Counted from the first letter of the stretch, positions 25,783-35,745 are shown. The stretch is DNA of 64,000 nt from Planctomycetota bacterium (GCA_044225365.1 JBGAIQ010000004.1:128001-192000), one strand, 5' to 3'. Notes: generated by a model from the sequence alone, not told the origin. Made by a program: numbers and translations.

Positions 25783-26676
25783 TCACTGTGTAAGAAAGAC
25801 TTGCTCGGCGAGCGCCTCCGCGATCGCCCACTCCTCGCTGCCCGCCGCGATCGGCAACACGTCGCTCTCGTTCAGCTTCTTCACGATCACGGTGACCGCG
25901 AGTTCCATGGCGCGCATGCGCAGGGATTCGTCGAGCGCCTTGAACAACGTCGCGAGCAAGGTGCGACCGAGGAGGTCGCCGACCCGCTTCGGTCCGCGCG
26001 TCGGATCGGAAGCGATCCTCTGCCAGGCCGCAAGCCACTCACTCACCAGCTTCGATTCGACGACGGGCTGCGCCGCCCCGCGCGCCGCAGCCTCCTGCGA
26101 CTCCGCGATGAGTTCGAGCACGCGACGCACCGTGTTCGAATGGAGTGGACGCAATCGCGTACGCACATCGAGCTCGGGATTCGCGAGCAATGCCGCCGCG
26201 ATCATGCGCGCCGAGAGCTCCATGCATCCGCGCTGGACGATGTCGCCCGACGCCTTTGCGAGCGCGACGAAGAGCGGAGGCAGACTGCCCCACACGGTCA
26301 CCACTTCGGCGTGGCGGTCGATATCGCGACGTCGCAACCAGTACGCGAGCGGCTCGCGCGTCTGGAGATTCCGATCGACGTCGATCCCGAAGCGTTCGGC
26401 CTCGAGCATCGCAAGTTCGTCGAACAACAGATCCGTGAACGATGCCGCCGTCGACGTCGTTTCGCGGATCGATTCCGCCTCGGGATGCAGCTCGAGCATG
26501 TGCTCCGCGAGCGCCTCCCCCGCGCCTCCCCGCCGCTTCAGATCCGCGAGCAGGAACGACCATGCCTCGCACTTGAAATCGCGTGGAGGCGGGGACGGCG
26601 GACCGCGGAGCGTCTCGTCGCCCGCGCCTTCCACGCTTTCCATGCCGCCTGGACCGAGGAGCGATTCGCCCGTCAT
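25783..26676 (-). CDS. Hypothetical helical protein in the SctK position
   Basis: Between sctJ and sctL; no diagnostic motif recognised. Confidence 0.55.
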   Translation of the reverse strand: MTGESLLGPGGMESVEGAGDETLRGPPSPPPRDFKCEAWSFLLADLKRRGGAGEALAEHMLELHPEAESIRETTSTAASFTDLLFDELAMLEAERFGIDVDRNLQTREPLAYWLRRRDIDRHAEVVTVWGSLPPLFVALAKASGDIVQRGCMELSARMIAAALLANPELDVRTRLRPLHSNTVRRVLELIAESQEAAARGAAQPVVESKLVSEWLAAWQRIASDPTRGPKRVGDLLGRTLLATLFKALDESLRMRAMELAVTVIVKKLNESDVLPIAAGSEEWAIAEALAEQVFLTQ

Positions 26677-26718
26677 CGAAGCCTCACAGGATCAATGGAG
26701 GACGACGGGTTCATGGAC

Positions 26719-27738
26719 TCAGCGCCGCGTCAGCTTGCGAAGGGCGGCGCGCGCCTTGATGACCGAGATGATGCAGACGACGGCGACGAGACCCAGGGCG
26801 ATCAGACCGACCTGATACAAGAGATCGCGACCGCCACCACTCGACGCGCCCGGATTCGGCGCTTCACTCGCCAGGAGCTTGCGCCGCGCACCGTCCGGAT
26901 CGCTCTTGAAGTCACGCTCGACTGCATCGACGAAGGACGCCCATTCCGGAGCCGCGAGGAACGACTTCGGCATCTCGCCGCTGCCGCTCGCGACCGCAGC
27001 GACGTCGCCCGACCGGAGAACGCCTGGCTGACCCTCCACGGTGACCATCACGCCAACGTGCTTGGGATCGAGACCCTCGACGCCGTTCGCAACCGATTGA
27101 CGGACGAACTCGGAATCGGTCTTCGCGACGAAGGGCGCGTCGGGCGTCACACTCGCCGCAGGTGCGTTCGCATCGAGGAACGGCTTCGCGTAGGTCGCAT
27201 CGCGGAACTTCAACATCACCGACGCCGAGGCCGGCGTCTTGTCCTTCGGCTCCGCTCCGCGGGCGTCCTTCGGCATCGCGATCGCGACGCGCACGTCGAT
27301 GACACCGGGAATCGTGAGCAGGGAATTCTGCAGCTCGCCTTCCTTCGCGTGGATGTAGCGAGCGCGGTCCTCGGTCTCGCTCGGAATGAGCTTGCCGCCG
27401 GCGAACATCTCCTCGAAGCCGGGATACTTGATCCGGGGGCGATTGCTGCGAACGAGGTCGCGAAACGCACGGTCGAGGTCGTCGTGGGTGCAGTCGAGGA
27501 TCTTGATCTCCCAGACCGTCTTCTGCCCGTCCTTCACCGCCTCCTTCACGGCGGTCAGGTGCGAGGCCTCCAGGCTGTCGTGGAGCAGATCGAGGATCTC
27601 GATCGCGTCGCGCTCGTCCGGGACGCGCACCAGTTCGCGATTCTCGCGATCGCCGCACGCCGTGGCCAACGCGAGCAGCATCGCCCCGAATCCGAGGCAA
27701 CGCCCGCGCCTGCCGAATTTCGACCTCTGCTCGTCCAT
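26719..27738 (-). CDS. sctJ: T3SS inner-membrane ring lipoprotein SctJ (YscJ/PrgK family)
   Basis: Lipobox LATAC; ERDAIEILDLL; LIPSETEDRARY..AKEGELQNSLLTIPGVIDVRVAI; PASASVMLK; VANGVEGL; C-terminal TM. At 339 aa it is too short for FliF. Confidence 0.92.
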   Translation of the reverse strand: MDEQRSKFGRRGRCLGFGAMLLALATACGDRENRELVRVPDERDAIEILDLLHDSLEASHLTAVKEAVKDGQKTVWEIKILDCTHDDLDRAFRDLVRSNRPRIKYPGFEEMFAGGKLIPSETEDRARYIHAKEGELQNSLLTIPGVIDVRVAIAMPKDARGAEPKDKTPASASVMLKFRDATYAKPFLDANAPAASVTPDAPFVAKTDSEFVRQSVANGVEGLDPKHVGVMVTVEGQPGVLRSGDVAAVASGSGEMPKSFLAAPEWASFVDAVERDFKSDPDGARRKLLASEAPNPGASSGGGRDLLYQVGLIALGLVAVVCIISVIKARAALRKLTRR

Positions 27739-27859
27739 CTCGATTCCTCGTTCGTCGTCCGTCGCCAACCCGTTTGCTTCGCGATCGACCGGCCGTCCGG
27801 TCCGACTGGGTCGGCTGGGGCAAACAGAATACCGGTTGTCGGGCCCCTTGTGGCCCGCC

Positions 27860-28402
27860 TCAGATTTGCGTCTGCATCGCGGTCTTCGCCGCCGATGTGC
27901 CGTGTTCGACCACTTTGGAGGCGACCTCCATCGCGAAGGACACGTCGTTCATCTCCATTTGCAGGGCCAGGAGGTTCACGTTGTAGTTGTCGTAGAAGTC
28001 CTTGATCTCCGGCCTTCGATCGCGGACCGTCGGGTCTTCTTTGATCGCTTCGCGGTAGCCCTTGTCGCGCTTCACCAGTTCATCCATCCGACCGTGGACC
28101 TTGCTCCAGGCCTGGAAGACTCCGTCGAGCATGCCCGACTTCTTCACGTCGACCGGCGCGGTCACTTTGGTGGTCTCGGCGACCGCCTGGGTCGGCGCGG
28201 GCGGCGCCGCTGATTGGCCCTGCGCGAGCGATCCCGTGCTCACCTGCGTCGAGTTCGACGGCTGCGGTGGTCCCGCGAGTTGGTGTTGCGAGATGAAATC
28301 CTTCGCACCCTGAACGACCTCATGGACCCATTTCTCGAGATCGACCGGCGGCTTCGGCGCGGGTTGCGCCGGCATCGCAGTGAGTGGATCGATGAGTCCC
28401 AT
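27860..28402 (-). CDS. sctI: Putative T3SS inner rod protein SctI
   Basis: Start MGLIDP at 28402; C-terminus LLALQMEM...EVASKVVEHGTSAAKTAMQTQI; directly upstream of sctJ. Confidence 0.75.
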   Translation of the reverse strand: MGLIDPLTAMPAQPAPKPPVDLEKWVHEVVQGAKDFISQHQLAGPPQPSNSTQVSTGSLAQGQSAAPPAPTQAVAETTKVTAPVDVKKSGMLDGVFQAWSKVHGRMDELVKRDKGYREAIKEDPTVRDRRPEIKDFYDNYNVNLLALQMEMNDVSFAMEVASKVVEHGTSAAKTAMQTQI

Positions 28403-28433
28403 GATGACGACCTTCTGACTTCGTTTCGTCCGT

Positions 28434-28808
28434 TCAGGCTCCGCGCGAGGCGCGGTCGAACAGATCGTTGAACAAGGAACGCAATCGAGGTTCGTCCTCG
28501 AATGCGGCGGAAACGGATTCCCGCATCTTCGGCGTCGCTGCCTTGCCGAACGCTTCATCGAGCTCGGCACCGACGACTTCGTGAAGGATCTGGTCCTTCG
28601 AGAGATTTCGCGCGAGGCCGTCGCGGATGCGAGCATGCATCCGCGCTGCGAGCGCTGCGTCCGAACCCGCCGTCGGCGCAACGGGGCCGACGCTGCCGAC
28701 CGACTTGATGAAGTCGGTCTTGCCGACCTTGTCGGGTCCTTGCGTCGATTGCGGACCCCGAGGCTTCTCGGGGCCGCCTGCGCCTTGCGATCGATCGATG
28801 CGGGTCAT
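28434..28808 (-). CDS. Hypothetical T3SS-associated protein (124 aa)
   Basis: In-operon ORF with GGAG RBS; disordered N-terminus and helical C-terminus. Confidence 0.7.
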   Translation of the reverse strand: MTRIDRSQGAGGPEKPRGPQSTQGPDKVGKTDFIKSVGSVGPVAPTAGSDAALAARMHARIRDGLARNLSKDQILHEVVGAELDEAFGKAATPKMRESVSAAFEDEPRLRSLFNDLFDRASRGA

Positions 28809-28854
28809 CTCGAACTCTCCGTCCTGTATCTTGGGTTCGTGGCTCTCGAACTCA

Positions 28855-29295
28855 TCACGCCGGCGGCGGACGCTTCAACGCTTCGACGTACGATCGCGCC
28901 GCCTCGGCCTCGTCGCTTCCGGGATCGAGTTCGATCACCTTTGCGAAGGCCTTCTCGGCGAGCGCGGGCTTGCGATGGAGGACCCACGCCTCGCCCTTCT
29001 TGCGGAAGATCATCGCGAGCGTCCTGGCGTCCGCGTGCGGGCTCTTGGCCGCACGATCGTACTCCTGGATCGCCCCCGAAAGATCCTCGCGCTGCCGCTT
29101 GCTGTCGCCCAGTCCGATGAACCCGGTCGCGTCGTTCGGCGCCAGCGTCGTGATCGCTCCGAAGATCACTTCCGCCTCCTCCGCGCGATGCAGATCGAGG
29201 CAAAGGAACCCGGCCTCGGCGAGGAAATGGAGCGGCTCCTGATCTTCTTTCAGATGGAGCTGCTCCGAGAGTTGGGATTCCTTCGCCTTGCCCAT
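28855..29295 (-). CDS. TPR protein, probable needle chaperone (YscG/CdsG-like)
   Basis: About three TPR motifs (AEEAEVIF..., AIQEYDRA, AEKAFAKVIELDP); directly downstream of the needle gene. Confidence 0.7.
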   Translation of the reverse strand: MGKAKESQLSEQLHLKEDQEPLHFLAEAGFLCLDLHRAEEAEVIFGAITTLAPNDATGFIGLGDSKRQREDLSGAIQEYDRAAKSPHADARTLAMIFRKKGEAWVLHRKPALAEKAFAKVIELDPGSDEAEAARSYVEALKRPPPA

Positions 29296-29342
29296 GATTC
29301 ACGATCTCCGCTGGTGCGACCACGTCGAGCGTTTGCGAGCCG

Positions 29343-29684
29343 TCACGGCCGCATGTTGCGCACGAGGTTCATCCGCGATTCGTGCTCCGTCTTCGAGATG
29401 TTCGAGATCATCGAGAACGTCTGCATCTCGAGCTGGAGGCGATTCTGTTCCTCGAGCAACGTGGCGAGATCGCTCGTGCCGCCCGCACCTCCGGCGCCGC
29501 CGCCCGCGAGCCCACCGGTCTTGCCACCGATGGCGCCGCCGAGCGCCGACTTGCCGACGGTGCCCGCACCATTCAGCAGCATCCCGAAGGATGCGGAAAG
29601 GCCGTCATACCAGTTGCCCGTAGACGCGGACCCGGAATTGTAGACGGCGGAGAAGTTCGCTGCGCTGTTGACGTTGAGACCCAT
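29343..29684 (-). CDS. sctF: Putative T3SS needle subunit SctF (113 aa)
   Basis: AAGGAG RBS before MGLNVNS; C-terminus SNISKTEHESRMNLVRNMR fits the needle pattern SNxxKxxxD/ExxxxhhxNhR (compare PrgI SNTVKVFKDIDAAIIQNFR). Confidence 0.75.
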   Translation of the reverse strand: MGLNVNSAANFSAVYNSGSASTGNWYDGLSASFGMLLNGAGTVGKSALGGAIGGKTGGLAGGGAGGAGGTSDLATLLEEQNRLQLEMQTFSMISNISKTEHESRMNLVRNMRP

Positions 29685-29763
29685 GACATCTGCTCCTTTG
29701 GAGGGCTCGACCGTCGCGGAATGGGCGGCGGATGACGAAGCGCTCTCACCACGAAACAGGCGG

Positions 29764-29792
29764 GTTCTCGGCGGAAGAACGACAAGTGTTGC
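29764..29792 (-). promoter_or_regulatory. Repeated promoter-like motif, copy upstream of sctF
   Basis: Minus strand reads (T)GCAAC-N15-GCCGAGAAC. Confidence 0.6.
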
Positions 29793-29856
29793 AGTGGAAC
29801 TCGCGACCCTCAAACCTCGACGAGGCTGGCGAGACTCCCCACGAAGTCGCCGTAAG

Positions 29857-30147
29857 TCACTTTTGGTTATTCGGTAAAGCGATCTGTATCGCGACGGAAG
29901 CGGCGAGCTCCATCGCGCGAAGCACGCGCTCCGCTTCCTCGCGACGTTTGTGATTCGTCTCGCTTGCCCGAATCTCCTCGACGGCCCGGCGGACGTCCTC
30001 GACGAATCGCCGAAGCCGCGGCTCGGGCGCGCCGGACCGCAGCTCTCCCACGATCGAGAGCAGCGTCGGGTAGCGCTGTTTCAACAGCCCCTCGATCGCG
30101 TCGGTTCCCAAATCGGCCTCGCGATTTCGATCCATCGGCTCGTTCAT
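29857..30147 (-). CDS. Small helical protein, candidate YscE/CdsE-like needle co-chaperone
   Basis: Start MNEPMD at 30147 (ATGA overlap); 96 aa, ends RVLRAMELAASVAIQI...; E-F-G gene order. Confidence 0.5.
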   Translation of the reverse strand: MNEPMDRNREADLGTDAIEGLLKQRYPTLLSIVGELRSGAPEPRLRRFVEDVRRAVEEIRASETNHKRREEAERVLRAMELAASVAIQIALPNNQK

Positions 30148-31625
30148 CTCGTGCCTTCCTTCGGATTCGATATGACTTCGTCGCGGCGGACGCGCAAGCG
30201 ATGCAGGCGTTCGTCGGCGGCGCTCTCCGCCGCGGGCGGAAGCTCGACCGCGAGCTCCTCGAGCGCGAGCAGCCACTGTTCGCAAGCGACTCGATTGCGC
30301 TCGAACTCTCGTTTCGCCGCGGCGTCCTTTCCCGCGAACGGCGCATAGAAGCGCAATGTCGCGAGGTCGTAGCCGACGCGCACGGCGATGAGATCGAACA
30401 ACAGCCCGGGATCCTGCGCGATGCGCTTTCCCGGCGTGCCGATGAACTCCGCCGTCAAATTCTCGACCGATTCATAGAGGGAGCGTTTCGTGGCGATCTC
30501 GGTCGCGACGTCGTTCAGTTCGACGAAGCGCGAGACGCGGAACTCGGCGTAACCGCAGATCGCCGAGAAACACGCAAAACGCACGCGGGGGTCGTTTCGG
30601 ACCATCGGACCGTTGTTCTCGATCATCGAGCGAGCGATGTCGTAGGCCGCGAGGAAGGAGTCGTCGGTGCGCGTCGGCAGCTCCGTCGCGAGGCGGAGCT
30701 GGACCTTCAAGAGTTCGAGCTTCGCTTCGAAGCAGTTGGGATCGAGCTTGCCGAGGAGATCGTCGAGGTTCTTCTTGTATTGCGCGAGGAGCACGGGCGT
30801 CACCGGCTGCTTCTCGAAATCGAACCGCGCGAGATCGAACGCGAGCGTGCCGAGTCGGTGGCGCGCCTTCAGTTTGCCGATCACGTCGACGCCCTGCGCA
30901 GCGATCGATGCGTCGTTCGAGTGCCCTCCGCCGCCTGCGGCGGTGACCGCGTCGATCGGTACCGCGGCCTTGTTCCCGAGGTCGAACGCGAGATAACGGT
31001 CGATCACGCGCAGGCGCTCCAGCATCTCGAGCGGCGGCGTCAGGAGGTTCGAGTAGAAATCGTCCTGGGGAGGCAGGGGATCGTCCATCCGGCCGCCGTG
31101 TTCGAGCCAGCAAATCGCACGCTGTGCGTCCTCGAGGTCCTTCTTGGCCTGAGCGAGCGCCTCGATGGTCATGTCCGACTGACGTCGCGTGAGGTGGAGT
31201 TCCGCGCGCAGCAGGAATGCGGGCGCAAAACCCTTGTCCTCGGCCGCAGCGGCGGTCGCGAGTCGCAGCGCTTCCTCGACACCGTCGGCCCCGTTCGCTT
31301 CGAGCACGAGCTTGCCGAGCACCGTCTTGGACAACCCGTTCCGCCCGCCGCCCTGCGCATCCGCCTGCCGCGCCTTCTCGATCGCGGCCTGCATGTGCGA
31401 GGTGAACTCAGGGCCGCGCTGGACGAGCGCGTGAGCACGCCCCCACTGCTCGAGGCAGTCCTGGATCAGCGTCTCGACTTCCTTGCTCGGACGATCGACG
31501 GGGGGCGGCGGCGGCACGACGGGCTGCGGACAGCCCACGGCGAGAAGCAGCACGAAACTGGGAACGATGAGATCGCACAGTCGGCGAGCCCAGCTTCGGT
31601 GAGTCGGGTCGTACCTCCGGCGCAT
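30144..31625 (-). CDS. TPR-like alpha-helical lipoprotein, first gene of the T3SS operon
   Basis: Lipobox LAVGC, Pro-rich tether, TPR-like helices; translationally coupled to the next gene. Confidence 0.7.
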   Translation of the reverse strand: MRRRYDPTHRSWARRLCDLIVPSFVLLLAVGCPQPVVPPPPPVDRPSKEVETLIQDCLEQWGRAHALVQRGPEFTSHMQAAIEKARQADAQGGGRNGLSKTVLGKLVLEANGADGVEEALRLATAAAAEDKGFAPAFLLRAELHLTRRQSDMTIEALAQAKKDLEDAQRAICWLEHGGRMDDPLPPQDDFYSNLLTPPLEMLERLRVIDRYLAFDLGNKAAVPIDAVTAAGGGGHSNDASIAAQGVDVIGKLKARHRLGTLAFDLARFDFEKQPVTPVLLAQYKKNLDDLLGKLDPNCFEAKLELLKVQLRLATELPTRTDDSFLAAYDIARSMIENNGPMVRNDPRVRFACFSAICGYAEFRVSRFVELNDVATEIATKRSLYESVENLTAEFIGTPGKRIAQDPGLLFDLIAVRVGYDLATLRFYAPFAGKDAAAKREFERNRVACEQWLLALEELAVELPPAAESAADERLHRLRVRRDEVISNPKEGTR

Positions 31626-31800
31626 CGTTCCTCTCCTGCCTCGAGCCTCGAATCCGAGCCATGCATTGCAAGATCGTCGATCGGCGACTCGCCCACTCCA
31701 ACGAGCTCGCCAAAGGGCGATGGGCGGAGTCTACCGGTCGACGAACTCGACCGAGCACGCGACCGAGCAAGAAGCGCCGACGACGCGTGTCTCGGCGAGA

Positions 31801-31828
31801 GGGATCGGCCCGATTCGGCGATCGTTGC
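31801..31828 (-). promoter_or_regulatory. Repeated promoter-like motif, copy upstream of the T3SS operon
   Basis: Minus strand reads (T)GCAAC-N14-GCCGATCCC. Confidence 0.5.
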
Positions 31829-31833
31829 ACGCC

Positions 31834-33177
31834 TCAGTGCGATGCCGGCCGGAATCCGATCCATTCGAACGACTTCGATCCGCCCACCGACGGTACGTAG
31901 ACCGTCCCGAGTGTTCCAACAGTCGCCGAGTACACGAGCGGATAGCCGCCCGCCAGGAATCCGCCGATGCCGGTTCCGCTGGGATTGGTCACCTTCACGG
32001 TCGTTAGCGTGGCGGTCGCCGAGTCCACCGGCTTCGATTTCAGAGTGAAGACCGCGGGTGTGATCGCGATGCCGAAGAAGTCGATCGCGACGGAAGTGAC
32101 CACGACGTCGATCGACGCCCCTAGATCGTCGACGAAACGGGTGCCGGTGGGAAGATCCAAACGCGTCACGTGGATCGCGGCAAGGACGTTCGGCCCCACA
32201 CCGACTCCCATTTCCCAATCCGCGCCATCGTTCGTGGTGTCCGGCGGCGTAGAAGGTGCGAGTCGCGTCGCGATGGCGGTGACGAGTCCCGCGCTCGAAT
32301 AGGGCGACTTACCGGCAAGAACGGGCTCGCTCAGAACGAGATTCGCCACCGTCCGAGTCTCGATCCGCGGTCCCTCACCCGTCGAGCGCACGAGGACGAC
32401 ACCGGGTTTTGCCGCGTCGCCGATCCGCGTCGGAGCGACGGACACCACGTCGGACGGCAAGGTCACCTTGGCAGCGAGCGACGAAGCCACGAATACCGGT
32501 TCGGTCGCGACCTGGAAGAAGGTGAGTTCGCATCCTCCCGCGGACCTTCGAGCGATCACGAGTTCGTCGCCCGGCACCTCGTCGACCCCGAGCCCGAACG
32601 CCGCGAACAGCTCCCCGCCGGCGACCGCAGGAGTGACGTCGAGAACGAGCAGCGGTGGCCCGAGTGGCTTCTTCTTTCCGGCGGGAGGGTCACGAATCTC
32701 GACCCGCTGCGATCCGTCGGAGTTGCGGCACGACAAGACGAGATGGTCCTTGCCCGATCCGTTGCGCGAGAATCGACCGAGCGCCACGATTCGATCGGGC
32801 AGCGCCGGGAGCGCGGGATCCGATTTCGAAGTCGAGGCCGCGACTTTCGGCTTCTTCTCGGCGAGCGCGAAGGGCGCCGACACGATTCGAATCGAGCTGC
32901 GGCCGGACTTCGCGTCGAAGAACAGCGTCGCGATCTCGTCGCCGCCATCGCCATCGAGATCGATCGCGCAGATGTGATGAACGGCGTTCTTGCCATTCGC
33001 CGCGAAGAAATGCGTGAAGCTCGCATGGGCTGGGGCGAGCGATTCCGCGACGCCATCCTCGGACGAACATGCGTGCCGCGTGAGGAAGAGCGGCGAGGTC
33101 GGTTTCGATCCGTCGACGTGCAGCAGCGCGAGGGGGTCGGAGGCGAGAGCGATGGAGAACAGTGCTGCGGTCCACAT
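31834..33177 (-). CDS. Exported beta-rich protein with degenerate FG-GAP-like motifs
   Basis: Start MWTAALF with AGAGG RBS; DLDGDGGDEIA and DEVPGDELVI motifs. Confidence 0.65.
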   Translation of the reverse strand: MWTAALFSIALASDPLALLHVDGSKPTSPLFLTRHACSSEDGVAESLAPAHASFTHFFAANGKNAVHHICAIDLDGDGGDEIATLFFDAKSGRSSIRIVSAPFALAEKKPKVAASTSKSDPALPALPDRIVALGRFSRNGSGKDHLVLSCRNSDGSQRVEIRDPPAGKKKPLGPPLLVLDVTPAVAGGELFAAFGLGVDEVPGDELVIARRSAGGCELTFFQVATEPVFVASSLAAKVTLPSDVVSVAPTRIGDAAKPGVVLVRSTGEGPRIETRTVANLVLSEPVLAGKSPYSSAGLVTAIATRLAPSTPPDTTNDGADWEMGVGVGPNVLAAIHVTRLDLPTGTRFVDDLGASIDVVVTSVAIDFFGIAITPAVFTLKSKPVDSATATLTTVKVTNPSGTGIGGFLAGGYPLVYSATVGTLGTVYVPSVGGSKSFEWIGFRPASH

Positions 33178-33315
33178 GGCGCACCTCTTTCGCAACGAGG
33201 GGTTCGCCCCGGGACAGGCACGCGGCGTGCCGCCGCTGTTCACATCGAAATCACGGATTCCGTTACGGGATCGGAGCGCGCGTGTGCGATCGGCCACGCG
33301 CCGCTTCGTCGTTCG

Positions 33316-35745
33316 TCACGGCTGGACCGCAGGGAAGACGAGCACGCCCGCGTTGTGCTCGGCCACGACGACCGAGCGATCCGGACCGATCGCGATCGAG
33401 ATCGGCAGTCCGGGCGAGTCGAAATGGAAGAGCGGTTTCAGGAAGTTCGCGGGATCGTCCTTCGCGATCGAGAGGCAGATGTACCCCGCGCTCCAGCCCG
33501 CGAGGTGGAGTCGATCGCCGTCGATCACCGCATCGAAGAGCGAGTCACGGCCGTAGACGCCGACGTTCTCGAAGGTCACATCGCGCACGAGGAAGTGATT
33601 CTCCCCGTGGAGACCCTTGTCCTTGGGCCTCGAATCGAAGTCGAAGACTCGCAGGATACCCGCGGTGTCCGCGACGAAGAGCTCGTTGCCCCGCATCGCG
33701 AGGCCGATCTGGATCTCCCCGTTCGGCACGAAACGAGTCCCGCGCGGGAATCGCAGCGGGCCGAACGTGGCGTCCTCCACGACAGGATCCGCGAGGTCGA
33801 AGTACTGCAGATATCCGTCGAACGGCTGCGCCGGCGCCGCCCCGCCACGCCCTCCTCCGCCGCGGCCGCCGGCGGGATCGCGCTGCGCACCCGACCCGAG
33901 GATCACGAACGACTCGTCCGCATGGATGCCCATCACTTTGCCGCTTCGCGCGGTGCGTATCCCCGTGGCATCCTGCGCATTGTCCGGGCTCGTGATCGCG
34001 CGCCAAAGAGGCGGACACTTCAATGCGTATTCGGCCGGCCGCTCGATGCCCTCGTAGATGTTTGCACGCGCCTTGCAGGCGAGGACCTGCGCGATCGAGA
34101 AGCGCTGCCAGCCAAAGACGGTGTTGGTCGAGACGACGTCGAGGTTGTCGCCGTCGATCGTCACGCGATAGCTGCGCGGGGTGAGCCCGAGCGACTCGAA
34201 CTCCTTCTTGCCGCGAACGGCATCGGGAACGGTGATCCAGAGCGGCGTGAGCGACTGCGCTCCCGTCGGGTTCGTCGGATCGATCTTGACGATTCCGACG
34301 CGGAAGAAGTTGTTCACGAAGACGTAGTCGAACGAACGGAGGAATCCGTCGGGTTGCGCCTTCTCGAGTCGACGGGTGACCGCGCAGAACGTGCCACCCG
34401 ATTCGGGGACGCGATGCAGCAGTCGCGGATGCGTCTTGTCGCTGACGTCGAGGATCTGCAGTCCGCCGATGTCGGAGATCGCGTAGACGATCTTGGGATC
34501 GGTCGGCGAGAACGCGCAGTCGATCGCGCCGGCGCGGGTATCGATCTCGAGCCCGAGTTCCTGGAGCCCGGGCAGACCGTCGCGCCGCGGTTTGTCCTTG
34601 GAGGGTCGCATGCGAACCGCGCCGAACGTGAAATCGAGCGCGAGGAAGTCGCCTCCTTCGCAGTGCGGGAGCGGAGCGACGTCCTTGATCCAGTTCATCA
34701 CGTTGCTCGGTGCGTGGCTCGACAGCTCATCCGCGAATCCCAGGATGGTGACCGCGGGAGTCCCCGTCTCGAGTGCTCCGATCTGGAAGACAGCCGTCGC
34801 GGATCGCGGGTCGTAGTGCGGCTCGCCGCGCCAGGCCCCGAACTCGGGAGTGAAAGGACTCTGCTGCGATGCGATCGCCGTGCCCTCGAGGCCGACGTAC
34901 CCGCGATCGTCCAGGACGCGAATGCGTCCGACCGCGAGCGGGGTCTCCGGTTTGGGTGAGCGTTGCGGACCGGGGTTCTTGTTCGCCGGGAGCACGAATT
35001 TCTGGCGCTTCACGACGCCGAGCGATCGCGCGTCGCGAATCGTGAGATCGCCGAGGTCTTCGGCAAAGAGAGCGAAGCGACCATCGCTCGTGAGAGCGAC
35101 CGACCGCGCGACGCCGGTCGAGGGTTGCTTCGCCGCGAGCAGCGGGTGCGCGGGATCCGACAGATCGAAGCGCAGGACGTCGCCATCTCCGCCCGCCACG
35201 ATCACGAAGCCGTCGCCGAGCGCGACACCCATCGCGCGCCCCTTCTCGATCTTCGTCCGCGACAACTCGTGACAGCCATCCTTGCCGCGGCGGAAGAGCG
35301 CGATGCCGCCACCGCCATCGGCGAAGGCGACGAGATCGCCGCGCACCGCGACGTCGAACGCGATGTCGTTCGAAGCGCCGATCTTCGTCGCCGGTCCGGG
35401 ATTCCTCTTGTCGGTGACGTCGACGTGGAAGAACCCGCCGCGGGATCCCGCGACGAAGAGATCGCTGCCTTGCGTAGCGAGCGAGAAGACGAAGCCCGCC
35501 GTAGGGATCTCGGAGACGGGCACCGCCAAGGCGTGGCTGCCCGGACCCACTTGCTTCGGATCGGCGAGCGGGCACACGAGCACCGCGCCGCCCGAGGATG
35601 CGTAGGCGTACCGACCGTCCTCGGACGCGACGACGGAATAGGCGAACCCGTTCGGCCACCTTCCGCAAGGCAACTGCTCACGATCCTCCGCCCGCGCAAC
35701 GAAGCTGGGCACGAGCAGCGCGAGGAGCAAAAGCGTCGTTCGCAT
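33316..35745 (-). CDS. Exported LVIVD-repeat beta-propeller protein
   Basis: Signal peptide MRTTLLLL...ARA; repeats such as GLQILDVSDKTHP, FDLSDPAHP and DVAVRGDLVAFADG. Confidence 0.8.
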   Translation of the reverse strand: MRTTLLLLALLVPSFVARAEDREQLPCGRWPNGFAYSVVASEDGRYAYASSGGAVLVCPLADPKQVGPGSHALAVPVSEIPTAGFVFSLATQGSDLFVAGSRGGFFHVDVTDKRNPGPATKIGASNDIAFDVAVRGDLVAFADGGGGIALFRRGKDGCHELSRTKIEKGRAMGVALGDGFVIVAGGDGDVLRFDLSDPAHPLLAAKQPSTGVARSVALTSDGRFALFAEDLGDLTIRDARSLGVVKRQKFVLPANKNPGPQRSPKPETPLAVGRIRVLDDRGYVGLEGTAIASQQSPFTPEFGAWRGEPHYDPRSATAVFQIGALETGTPAVTILGFADELSSHAPSNVMNWIKDVAPLPHCEGGDFLALDFTFGAVRMRPSKDKPRRDGLPGLQELGLEIDTRAGAIDCAFSPTDPKIVYAISDIGGLQILDVSDKTHPRLLHRVPESGGTFCAVTRRLEKAQPDGFLRSFDYVFVNNFFRVGIVKIDPTNPTGAQSLTPLWITVPDAVRGKKEFESLGLTPRSYRVTIDGDNLDVVSTNTVFGWQRFSIAQVLACKARANIYEGIERPAEYALKCPPLWRAITSPDNAQDATGIRTARSGKVMGIHADESFVILGSGAQRDPAGGRGGGGRGGAAPAQPFDGYLQYFDLADPVVEDATFGPLRFPRGTRFVPNGEIQIGLAMRGNELFVADTAGILRVFDFDSRPKDKGLHGENHFLVRDVTFENVGVYGRDSLFDAVIDGDRLHLAGWSAGYICLSIAKDDPANFLKPLFHFDSPGLPISIAIGPDRSVVVAEHNAGVLVFPAVQP

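Noticed and set aside
27835-27860. CCCGACAAC upstream of sctJ resembling the second box of the promoter motif
   Set aside because: There is no GCAAC at the required spacing, and it lies in a small hairpin.
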